From an uncultured Caldisericales bacterium (GTDB taxonomy: Bacteria; Caldisericota; Caldisericia; JAAYUI01): DNA of 64,000 nt. The stretch spans positions 11,555 through 75,554 of the forward strand of contig CAZTGD010000005.1 of assembly GCA_964613055.1 (NCBI GenBank). The letters run 5' to 3'. The position numbers and the translations under genes were made by a program. A model generated the notes under the pieces. The model did no database searches, was not told the DNA's origin, and saw nothing but the letters and a program-made list of their open reading frames with translations. Shown here piece after piece: positions 54,301 through 62,761 of the stretch. Position 1 is the first letter of the stretch, and the number at the start of each line of letters is the position of its first letter.

Positions 54301-54630
54301 CTCCTGTTCTTTGAAATCCTTGAAACGTTTTTTCAGTTGATTGATCACAGCCTGGGTGTTTTTGCTATGTTCAATGGTGATTGTGTCAGCTTTTTTGTAT
54401 TCGATTATCACACCACCATATTTAGAGTCGATTCTGCCCTTTGCAAGTTCGTACTCGTGATTTCCTTCAATATCTATTTCGGATTTCTTAATGAATTGGC
54501 TGATGAGTTCACTGAATCCCAAACGAATATTTTCCTCTGATCCGCCTTTTTTGGCAATCTTGAGTAGTTCATCGGAAATCCTTATGGATTCTTCGTGTAT
54601 AAGCTTTTCCAGCTCAATTAGTCTAAGCAT
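51343..54630 (-). CDS. Type IIG restriction-modification enzyme (nuclease + N6-MTase)
   Basis: GRIDSKY..VIIEYK, GEYYTPDW, DPACGSGTF, GNPPW. ORF open to 54666. Confidence 0.9.
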   Translation of the reverse strand: MLRLIELEKLIHEESIRISDELLKIAKKGGSEENIRLGFSELISQFIKKSEIDIEGNHEYELAKGRIDSKYGGVIIEYKKADTITIEHSKNTQAVINQLKKRFKDFKEQEKVDPEKIFGVGTDASTFIFVRNRNGKVVVSDPVDTNSSVVEKLLRALVASGAIGRSLTPDNLAEDFGGDTAVANFAISNLYDSLSATEENKVKTFFKQWKLLFSQVGGLNDTIKAAKFKDLGKYYDINKDEIDYSILIFSIHTYYDIIIKLITSEMATSSESFAGSIIGKLAHADLKGVYETVRKMESGGLWKELGIRNFLEGDLFLWYLADWNDGIAELIHRIASKLDRYDISSLSGESSEKQDLLKSLFQRLFPKTLRHDMGEYYTPDWMAEFLLNEIGYDGNPDKRLLDPACGSGTFLVCAINRAKRWFSQHRFEVEYGERELLEKITNNIIGFDLNPMAVIASRANYLFALADLVHRVGSIEIPVYLCDSIMRPSEGDRQLFEGEIVFETAIEGVSFRVPKEVVGSLQDIETFSTLIEECVKNGYTSDEFVNRCKDKGFSVEKELDFNALYKQMQELHNKGMNGIWARILKNAFAPLFVRPVDFVIGNPPWINWESLPVSYRSKANHHKLWNDYGLFTLKASQARLGGGKKDLSMLMTYVAIDKYLRDGGKIGFIITQSIFKTKGAGDGFRRFEYEKGDENKKKTTYIKPLIIHDLSDFQCFEGATNRSSIFIGRKSDKAFDYPVPYTVWRKTARGRLDTRAKLEEIEQKVNRVEISAEPVDSGKPTSPWLTAPAKALAGIKKVIGKSDYKGYAGSCTWLNGVYWVNVLREFPDGDLLIENLGNVGKKKVKTIQRRVEGDLVYPLLRGRDVQRWSAEPSCHIILSQDPETRTGIEESIMKREYPKTYAYFKEHEVMLRGRSGYKAYFKHKPDANGYTDPFYSIYNVGPYTMSPYKVVWTRVANDVKAGLMKESIVGSKHKCSLPVETATMVPFENEIESHYFCSVINSNPFRLLIICTSVAGTGGFAPPNILKKGRIPKFNPEDKTHLALADLSKRCHGETAKGITDAVVELEAQIDMLASSLWGINQTELSAIQHAIADV

Positions 54631-54707
54631 AACTCCGGCACCCCCATGGCAATCTCTCTCCAGCATTGTGGATTCAATGTTTGAGTATCAGGTAATTTGA
54701 TTGCAGG

Positions 54708-55241
54708 CTACTCCTCTACAACAACCTCCAGGGTGAACTCCTCCAGCACATCCTCCTCGTCTGCAACGTGCGTTTGAACCGCTGTTAGTTTTGTCTTGCC
54801 TGGGGCGATTGCGGCAATCTCATAAACCCTATGACCGCCAACACCCATCATCTTCTCAGGATTATCATCGCACACGTACTCGTCGAAGTTGACGTTAAGT
54901 ATTGACTTGTCATCGATTCTCAATTCGCTCCAGTGATAGGGTGTGGTCTGGTTTGCAGGGAGTATGATGAGTTGAATCTGATTCAAGACGAGGTTGATGG
55001 TTTCGCCGTTGTTTACCTGGTCAAGATAGGACACCTCATAACCAGAACCCTTGGCTGGCATGCCCTTCGACACAGCTTGCCTTATGCCCGAGTAGGGGTC
55101 TTTGGACATTGGAACCATCATCTTCTTCATGTTTGCGTTGATTATATCATGGTCATTTTCCGGTTGTTTCTGTTCGCCACATCCGATAACGACACCAATC
55201 GCAAGGATAACAATAAGACACAGAACTAGACACTTTCTCAT
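54708..55241 (-). CDS. lipoprotein with chagasin/I42 protease-inhibitor domain
   Basis: Lipobox VIGC; NQTTPYHW (cf. NPTTGY.W) and GVGG...Y...A..PG. Confidence 0.75.
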   Translation of the reverse strand: MRKCLVLCLIVILAIGVVIGCGEQKQPENDHDIINANMKKMMVPMSKDPYSGIRQAVSKGMPAKGSGYEVSYLDQVNNGETINLVLNQIQLIILPANQTTPYHWSELRIDDKSILNVNFDEYVCDDNPEKMMGVGGHRVYEIAAIAPGKTKLTAVQTHVADEEDVLEEFTLEVVVEE

Positions 55242-55306
55242 ATACGCACCTTCTTTCATCTTGGTGTATCAAATGATACACTACTTTGATGATTGCGCAA
55301 ATGTCG

Positions 55307-58300
55307 CTAAGGCTCTGGGTCAGGTTCGGGTTCGGGATCTGGCTCTGGTGTTGGGTTGGGCTCTGGAGTCGTGTCCCACATTATAACCACTCTAGCATTT
55401 ACGATATTATGCTCTATCTCTTCGCCATCACTGTTGAATAGGTTGACGCTAGAGAAATCCAACACCGCTTCGCCGTCTTTTTTTGCCTTGAATTTGAGAA
55501 CAAGCAGTGTCCCACTGCCTTCAACGCCAGGAATATCACCCAATAGGACGGGGCCAGCTATGTTGATTTCACCTTTACCAACCTGTCGCCAGGAGAATAT
55601 CTTTTTTGTGATTCCTTCAAACATGTCACCCTGATAAACACCTATCAGTTCTATCTTGTTTGGATTGTAAATGAACTTCGCAGTAAGGGCGTTCAGATCA
55701 AAGACATCTTCAGCCCTCAACAACACATCAAATGTTTCGCCAACATCAACATCCTTGGGAGCGGCGATCTCCAGCTTTGTTTCACCAATCTCTCTTCCAG
55801 TTACGTTTACCTTCAGAGGAAACCTGAATTGCCACGAGTTGAAATCCTTTGACATAACAACAATTTCTGCGTTGAGTTCATCGCCTGGGGATATCCAGTT
55901 GTTGGTTTTTACAGACACTGCATACGCAAGGGACTCACCTGGTGCTATGCATGGAGTGTCATGGGTAATTGATTGACCCAAAGCGGTCTCAACGGTAACG
56001 CTTTCAAAACCGATTGGAAGCCCATCAGGGCACTCAATTGTGAATGCCTGAGGTACCTGCATCTGGTTTATGAGTTTGACGTTGAATTTTAGTTCACTGT
56101 CGTAGTTACAATCTATTTCACCGGTATATGATGTCGGCTTCATCAACGTTGACAATCGCTCCTCGTCATCGCTGAAATCAATATCAAAGACCATCTCCTC
56201 ACCGGCAAGGCAGACTATCTGCTCAACGTGAGCTGGGTGTTCAGCATGTGCTACCCTGAGCGTCTGATACCCTGGTTCAACTTCAATCTCACAGGGGGTT
56301 TTAGCATAGGGTGTGTCACCAATATATACATATGCTCCCTCAGGATTGCTGTTTACTGTCAATAGCGTGTGGGTTGGCACGACTCGCTCAAGAAAGTATA
56401 GAAGGTGACCCTTTTCTTTGTCTTTCATCGGCAATTCAATTACAGTTGAATAGGGCTTGTATCCTTCCTTGCTTACTTCAACCATATACCTTCCCCGTTT
56501 CATGTGCTTGAGTGTCAGTGGCGCTATGCCTTTATTGTCATAGTTTACAGTCACACTAGCAACTGCTGGTATGCCCTCGACAGTGAGTGACTCCCTGCCC
56601 CACACTGGCTGGGGGAATGACATGAGGATTGAGCGTGATTCACCGAACCACTTTATCTGAGCGTCAAACGCTTCGGTGACCAATCTCAGTGGGATAAATG
56701 TTTGACCATTCTTTATGACTGCAGGTGTGCTGACTTCTACAGGATCACTGCCAATGATGCAGTAATCTTCTCCAATCCCTATCTCAAAATGATAATCCTG
56801 ATAATCAATTGTAGCTTTCATATTCTCAGCATCCCACACAAAATCACATGGCAACATATCGATGATGAACCTCAGCGGAACCATAGTTATTGCGTTTTGG
56901 AGGAACGGTGAAACCTGCAGTTTAACCTTCTCAGTTGATATCCATGCCGTTGTTCTATCCAGACCAACTCTAGCAAGTAATTGGTCGGGATTGTTGATAG
57001 TGAGGATCATTGGAACTTCCAGTAATCCTGCATTGGAGTTTAGTATGATAGTTCTTTCATATGTAAAGCCTTCACCAAGGGATTCGGTATTCCCGTATAC
57101 GACAAGATCGGTGATGTTTGTGAATTCGACAGATTCCTTACCGGAGAGCTGAAAAGGGTTAAATCCCTGCCTGCTTTCAATCCTGGCTTCTCCTGTAAGA
57201 AGCGTCCCCGAGGTGTTTTGAATATCAAGTTTTACAGTTTGGTCATCCTCAATGATACCAAAGTCGCACACAGACGGCACCACTTTCAACTGAGATTTCT
57301 TTAGAACAGGAAGTTGTGTCAGCCCAATAAAGTATACCTGACCCTTTGATGTGATGTCAGTTTCTGAAAGAGCGAGATATCCGAATGGATTTACAGAAAC
57401 ATTGTCCCTGGGGGTACACGAACCTCCATCGTTATTCAGATCAAAAGTGGCAGGATAGTCAGCATCATCCGCTTTGATAATGGTGAATGAGTTTCCTCCT
57501 ACTGTGAATTCAAACCCAAAACCCGATTCATCCTGGAAGAAAGAATACATGCCATCATCGGATAACCCTTTGCAATTATGAGATAGGTATGCCACAATCT
57601 GACCATTCTCGGTATCTATGGTAACCGCGTGTTCATGATTGATGTTGTGGTCATTCAGGATGATGTATTCGCCATTGTCTGCGGCGTAGTCCAGTGAACA
57701 TGCTTTGTAACCACTAATCGTGTTTGTGTATGTCCCGATGGTTTTATTTATGAGTCTGAGATTGCTTCCATCATGTTTGCATGTGTATATGCCGTGATCA
57801 CCACTATTGCCAACCTCAGCTTTGAAAAACAACTCTCCACTTCTTCTACTCATGCCAATCGGTGCAACCAGATCACCGACATCATTATCCCCGTGGTAGA
57901 AGTTCTCTCCATCCCACTTTGGTGTTACGAGTATCTTAAACCCTTCGCCCTTGGTACTCAATGTGACTAACCCTGTGCAGTAAGCGTTCTTGTCTCCCGA
58001 TATGGTTTTTCCACTCACCACCGACATGAATCTGTCACCGGTCAGAGACAGCTGAAACCAGACGGGACTCCACCTGATCTTAACGTCTCCGATCTGTGTG
58101 TCTGGAATACGGTAATACTTAGCACCACCGCCGGTCACGTGGATACTCATTATGTACCTGATTCCATCCGACCGTGCTATCATGTACACCCAATCTCCAT
58201 ACCTCGGGAGTCGAGGTTCAGACAAAACCTCCACTGTGCCGGGTGCCCATGAAGGCCCCTTTAGAGACCCGGGGCTATATATATTTACCAGTTTCTTCAC

Positions 58301-58522
58301 CTGCAGAGTGGCGGGTTCTATCCTGATTGCTGTTATCTGCCCTCCGACACCTTCAACAACCAGGTTTCTTAAACCTGCAGTTGCTGTAGCTGACTTCTTT
58401 TCCATGTTCCAGGCGGTCAATCTCTTCACTGAAATGTTGGTCGCTTCAACATCCATCTTCAATGGCATACTGATCAAGACCAGACCCATGATTACAGCTA
58501 CTAGAGACCTGAGTATTCTCAT
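55307..58522 (-). CDS. surface protein: stalk domain, PEGA repeats, cohesin-like domain, Pro/Glu tail
   Basis: TMVPLRFI, TFIPLRLVTEAF, VNSNPEGA.VY, GSGTL..LKFKAK, C-terminal PEPNPTPEPDPEPEPDPEP. Confidence 0.82.
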   Translation of the reverse strand: MRILRSLVAVIMGLVLISMPLKMDVEATNISVKRLTAWNMEKKSATATAGLRNLVVEGVGGQITAIRIEPATLQVKKLVNIYSPGSLKGPSWAPGTVEVLSEPRLPRYGDWVYMIARSDGIRYIMSIHVTGGGAKYYRIPDTQIGDVKIRWSPVWFQLSLTGDRFMSVVSGKTISGDKNAYCTGLVTLSTKGEGFKILVTPKWDGENFYHGDNDVGDLVAPIGMSRRSGELFFKAEVGNSGDHGIYTCKHDGSNLRLINKTIGTYTNTISGYKACSLDYAADNGEYIILNDHNINHEHAVTIDTENGQIVAYLSHNCKGLSDDGMYSFFQDESGFGFEFTVGGNSFTIIKADDADYPATFDLNNDGGSCTPRDNVSVNPFGYLALSETDITSKGQVYFIGLTQLPVLKKSQLKVVPSVCDFGIIEDDQTVKLDIQNTSGTLLTGEARIESRQGFNPFQLSGKESVEFTNITDLVVYGNTESLGEGFTYERTIILNSNAGLLEVPMILTINNPDQLLARVGLDRTTAWISTEKVKLQVSPFLQNAITMVPLRFIIDMLPCDFVWDAENMKATIDYQDYHFEIGIGEDYCIIGSDPVEVSTPAVIKNGQTFIPLRLVTEAFDAQIKWFGESRSILMSFPQPVWGRESLTVEGIPAVASVTVNYDNKGIAPLTLKHMKRGRYMVEVSKEGYKPYSTVIELPMKDKEKGHLLYFLERVVPTHTLLTVNSNPEGAYVYIGDTPYAKTPCEIEVEPGYQTLRVAHAEHPAHVEQIVCLAGEEMVFDIDFSDDEERLSTLMKPTSYTGEIDCNYDSELKFNVKLINQMQVPQAFTIECPDGLPIGFESVTVETALGQSITHDTPCIAPGESLAYAVSVKTNNWISPGDELNAEIVVMSKDFNSWQFRFPLKVNVTGREIGETKLEIAAPKDVDVGETFDVLLRAEDVFDLNALTAKFIYNPNKIELIGVYQGDMFEGITKKIFSWRQVGKGEINIAGPVLLGDIPGVEGSGTLLVLKFKAKKDGEAVLDFSSVNLFNSDGEEIEHNIVNARVVIMWDTTPEPNPTPEPDPEPEPDPEP

Positions 58523-58660
58523 AGTAATCGATTTTATGCATTATCATACTGCGTTCAATATCATTTTATTGATAATTAGGGAACAGTTTATCCAATACAC
58601 AATATACATTAGCAAACATAATGTGTTGAATTGTGTGAATCAGATTATACAATACACTCA

Positions 58661-60028
58661 GTGAAGAGATTGATACGGAGAAAACTCGCAAAAATTGTGT
58701 TCAGGTTGGTTCTGTTGACAGTTATTCTCATAATGGTCGTCTGGGGTTTGTGGTCAGCGGCGAGTTGTATGTTTGGGGGTAGAAGCAGAACCGAGAATGT
58801 CAATTTGTTTTTTTATGACGACATTATTGGTTCGCTAACAGCTGTACCTTCAGAGATAGACAGTGGTAACCTTTATCGAAACATTATCGAAGCTCTTATC
58901 GGTGGACCCAGCTCAGATACTTTCACTCAACCGACACTCAATCCCAAGACGAGACTCATTTCACTAGAGATAGAAGAGAAGAACGCTGTGGTGAATCTCA
59001 GTGATAACGTGAAGGAATTAATAAGCAGTATGGTAAGTGAAAAGAACACTGCATACTCAATAATAAACACACTGCTTCTTCTACCAGGTATAGACAGCGT
59101 AACCTTTCAGATTGAGGGCAAGAAACCGACTGTACTGAGTGAATCCTTTGATATTTCTGGTGTATTCACAGAACCCCTTGATTCAGATGTGGCTATTCAG
59201 ACATGCCGCCTTTACTTCCCCGAGAAACGTGGCAGGTTTTTAGCCATAGAGTACACTCTGGTAAGAGAGACAACCGACACTGCAGAAACAGCAAAACTCT
59301 TGGCGAGAAGATTCATCCAGGGTCCAATCAGCAAGGACTTGTACTCATATATCAATCATGAGACGAAGGTGCTCGAAGCCAAACTCAACCAGTCTTTACT
59401 CACCCTGGACCTGTCTGCCCAGATACTTCAATCAAACATGAGTGCTTCTGCCGAAACAATGTTTTTGCGATCGCTGACCTTGACCATGACAGAACTGACA
59501 GGCGTAAGGAGTGTTCAGTTGCTCATCAATGGGGAAAAAGTGGATGAGTTGTTTGGGCATCACAGCTATAACAATCCTTTTACACGATGGGATGAGTCAA
59601 GGTTATTTGAATTGCAAGGCATAGGCAACCCGACACTGGTGTATTTCGCGTGTGAGTCTGAAGATGGTGAATACCATATAGTACCCTGTTCGAGGATGCT
59701 GTCGGTTGCAGGTGAGGTATTGCCACAACTATTAAATTATCTCCTAGACGGTCCAACCCCTACCGAGCTGGAGAATACAATAGTGTCATGTATTCCTGAT
59801 GGAACTGAGGCTACACTCAAACGGGAGGGCAATGAAGTTAAGCTCAACCTGATGGTGGATACAAAGCTGATGAAAAACCGTGCTTATGAACAGGCGTTTA
59901 TTCAACAGATACTGATGACACTCACTGAGACAAACCGAGATTCTGGGATACTAACTATAACGATAAATGATATGATTCAGGAAACGCTTCCCTATGGAAC
60001 AGCCATACAGGGTGGGTTGACGAGGTGA
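58661..60028 (+). CDS. triple GerMN-domain membrane protein
   Basis: N-terminal TM helix; three repeats L..GP (LIGGPS, FIQGPI, LLDGPT); SVTFQIEG and SVQLLING. Confidence 0.8.
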   Translation: MKRLIRRKLAKIVFRLVLLTVILIMVVWGLWSAASCMFGGRSRTENVNLFFYDDIIGSLTAVPSEIDSGNLYRNIIEALIGGPSSDTFTQPTLNPKTRLISLEIEEKNAVVNLSDNVKELISSMVSEKNTAYSIINTLLLLPGIDSVTFQIEGKKPTVLSESFDISGVFTEPLDSDVAIQTCRLYFPEKRGRFLAIEYTLVRETTDTAETAKLLARRFIQGPISKDLYSYINHETKVLEAKLNQSLLTLDLSAQILQSNMSASAETMFLRSLTLTMTELTGVRSVQLLINGEKVDELFGHHSYNNPFTRWDESRLFELQGIGNPTLVYFACESEDGEYHIVPCSRMLSVAGEVLPQLLNYLLDGPTPTELENTIVSCIPDGTEATLKREGNEVKLNLMVDTKLMKNRAYEQAFIQQILMTLTETNRDSGILTITINDMIQETLPYGTAIQGGLTR

Positions 60029-61659
60029 AAATCCATAAATCTCTATTGCTGATCTTTGTTTTATCATTGTCATTAATCCTTTTAGCACCGACCCCAGATA
60101 CTTTCACGATGTACATAAACACCACAGAGCCAGCTGGTGAGGTGGTGTTTCATATAAGTGGTGATGACGAGTACTACTGTCTGTGCAAACAAAATGAGGT
60201 ACCCACTGATGCAGTCGTTCTGAACAAGATATACAGTCGAACTGAACCGGGTCTGTTTCACACCTGGAAAGAGATAGAGCAGGAATTGAAGGAGCTGGCA
60301 GAAAAATACCCAGAAAGATGCGAGTTCAGGACAATAGGACACACCCATGAGAATAGACCGATACACGCACTTCGATTCTATCCCGGAAAGCCTTCCCCCG
60401 GCTTTCTTTTCATCGGAACACATCATGCGCGAGAATGGATGAGCGCTGAGATTCCGCTCGAGCTGTGTCACTATCTGGCTGAGAATTATGACAATGATCC
60501 CAGGGTAGACAGATGGCTAGAATCTTTTGATATATGGATAATCCCAATGCTCAACCCTGACGGTCACCAATACACAGTTGATTTTGACCGCATGTGGAGG
60601 AAGAACAGGAAGCCATTGATCATAGGGTATGGGGTTGATCCCAATAGAAACTATGGGTACATGTGGGGAGGCGATGGGTCATCAGGCGATCCCACCTCAG
60701 AGATCTACAGGGGCGAGTCTCCATTCTCAGAGCTGGAAACACAAGTGATAAGAGATTTGTCAGAGAAGATACCTTTTATTGGATGCCTGACATACCACAC
60801 ATTCGGTGACCTTGTTCTGTATCCTTGGGGTTATCATGATAGCAGATCTGCCTGGAACAATGAACTTGAGGGTATCGCCATTGGGTTGGCTGAAAAGACA
60901 GGACCCCCTGATGATGACGATAACAAAAAGAAGAGTATCCCATACGCTGACAAGTATGATTATTTACCAATGAGATCAGCCAGTTTCTATGTAGCCTCAG
61001 GTGATTGCACCGATTACCTATATTCTCAACATGGCACTGCCGCATATACCATAGAGATTGGAGATCGACAGACGGGTTTCACACCGGGGGACGACCTCAT
61101 TGAGCCAACCATTGAGCAGATACTCGATATGAATTTCTTCTTCCTGGAGAGGGTGCCTGAAGTTTTCTGCATTGTTCAGGGTTATGTTAAAAACGCTATA
61201 GGTAAAGTGCCGGATGCTCATATATACTTGGGTAAGAGCGGATTAGAACTCACCCCCGATCCTGTGACAGGTTATTATCATCGAATTATTCCACCTGGCA
61301 GACATGTACTAAAGGCAGAATGGACGGTTGATGAAACCCAACGCGAGATCGTTGACTTTGTAAAGGGCATCAATCACCTCGATATAACGTGGATAAGGGA
61401 AGAAGGATTAAGCATAAGTGGAGCTGTCGTAAACGAATCAGGTGAACCGGCATCGACTACTATATCTCTGGTGGATGAGAATAAAAATGTTGTAGCAAAA
61501 AAATACTTTTCAGATCAGTATTCTTTTGAAGAACTGACTAAGGGCAGATACCAGCTCATTGTTGATCAGATAGAAACTGGACCAAAGACCTTGGATGTAA
61601 ATGTAGTTTGGGACATTACTGTAAATCTGACTGTTGCAAACACCGGAACCTGTTGGTAG
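60025..61659 (+). CDS. secreted M14 zinc carboxypeptidase
   Basis: HHAREW, RMWRKNR, GVDPNRN, YHTFG, YTIEI; GTGA overlap with the GerMN gene. Confidence 0.92.
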   Translation: MKIHKSLLLIFVLSLSLILLAPTPDTFTMYINTTEPAGEVVFHISGDDEYYCLCKQNEVPTDAVVLNKIYSRTEPGLFHTWKEIEQELKELAEKYPERCEFRTIGHTHENRPIHALRFYPGKPSPGFLFIGTHHAREWMSAEIPLELCHYLAENYDNDPRVDRWLESFDIWIIPMLNPDGHQYTVDFDRMWRKNRKPLIIGYGVDPNRNYGYMWGGDGSSGDPTSEIYRGESPFSELETQVIRDLSEKIPFIGCLTYHTFGDLVLYPWGYHDSRSAWNNELEGIAIGLAEKTGPPDDDDNKKKSIPYADKYDYLPMRSASFYVASGDCTDYLYSQHGTAAYTIEIGDRQTGFTPGDDLIEPTIEQILDMNFFFLERVPEVFCIVQGYVKNAIGKVPDAHIYLGKSGLELTPDPVTGYYHRIIPPGRHVLKAEWTVDETQREIVDFVKGINHLDITWIREEGLSISGAVVNESGEPASTTISLVDENKNVVAKKYFSDQYSFEELTKGRYQLIVDQIETGPKTLDVNVVWDITVNLTVANTGTCW

Positions 61660-61818
61660 ATCAGATTTTTTTTATCCAACATACATCATCTCAATGGTTA
61701 TAGGTAATAAATCTTGTTGATGGTTTATGGACTGATATCCTGGGAATACTACAGAAATATTATAATCAGTTCTTGTTATAAAAGATCATGAAATTACATA
61801 AATACTTTTCAGCATCTG

Positions 61819-61847
61819 TTGACACAATATTTGATCAAGGCTACAAT
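61819..61847 (+). promoter_or_regulatory. sigma70 promoter, near-leaderless transcript
   Basis: TTGACA-N17-TACAAT, 9 nt before ATG 61857; no SD. Confidence 0.7.
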
Positions 61848-61856
61848 TGTTCTACA

Positions 61857-62255
61857 ATGACAAACCAAGGTTTCAACTATCGAATCGTGATATCTTTGAT
61901 GAGATGGATAACCAGAATAGCCGGTTCATTACTCTTTCTACTAATGTTTCTGATTTTGATAGGCAGTTTATTTTCAGAAGATAAGAGTGCCAACATACCA
62001 CTGACTATATATGATATGGTCATGTTTATTGGTATGTTTTCTATGAATGCGGGATTCGTCATAGGTTGGTTTAGAGAATTGATTGCATCGATTCTTATCA
62101 TAGGTGGTTATCTAGTATTTACGCTAACTCATCTGATTGAATCTGGTAGATATGTTTCGGGTTGGGTGTTTACAACATTTGTGATAGTTGGTCTGGCATA
62201 CATGCTGGTGTGGTATTTGGATGGAAAGAATGTGAAGGAAGGTAACAATGAATAG
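61857..62255 (+). CDS. small four-helix membrane protein
   Basis: Hydrophobic segments, IRWITR-like start. ORF open from 61788. Confidence 0.7.
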   Translation: MTNQGFNYRIVISLMRWITRIAGSLLFLLMFLILIGSLFSEDKSANIPLTIYDMVMFIGMFSMNAGFVIGWFRELIASILIIGGYLVFTLTHLIESGRYVSGWVFTTFVIVGLAYMLVWYLDGKNVKEGNNE

Positions 62256-62613
62256 AGTAGTGCACTTTGAGTTGACAGCCGACAAACCAGAGAGGGCTGT
62301 AAGGTTCTATGAGGAAGCATTTGGTTGGAAGATTGAGCCTTGGGAAGGGGATGTACCCTACTGGCTGTGTACAACCGGTGATAGTGATAATCCGGGTATA
62401 GATGGCGCAATCATGAAGCGTGAGCAGGGTACTCAGAACAATTTCAGCATCAGCACAGACAACATCGATCAGTCAATTGAGAAGATAAAGAAGGCCGGTG
62501 GTACGATACTTTCAGAGATAATCACAATACCCACAATCGGTTACTCGGTGTATTTCAAGGATACCGAAGACAACCTGTTGAACCTGTTTAAATGGGACTG
62601 TAACGCTGAATAA
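62248..62613 (+). CDS. VOC/glyoxalase family protein
   Basis: VVHFEL....ERA..FY..AFGW, GIDGAI, DTEDN. Confidence 0.92.
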   Translation: MNRVVHFELTADKPERAVRFYEEAFGWKIEPWEGDVPYWLCTTGDSDNPGIDGAIMKREQGTQNNFSISTDNIDQSIEKIKKAGGTILSEIITIPTIGYSVYFKDTEDNLLNLFKWDCNAE

Positions 62614-62761
62614 AATAAACTAAATAACTATCAATCTTCCAGGATTAACAACCTCGATGCTCAGTTCATTTAAGTGTTAATAGTCATCATTTAGTAGAAA
62701 TACCATAACAGGATTGAATTGAGTGGGTATGACTGAGGTTGTGATATCTCGAGTTAATGAA

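Noticed and set aside
55310-55375. Short tandem repeats GGTTCG/GGCTCT
   Set aside because: They simply encode the Pro-Glu/Asp tail of the surface protein.
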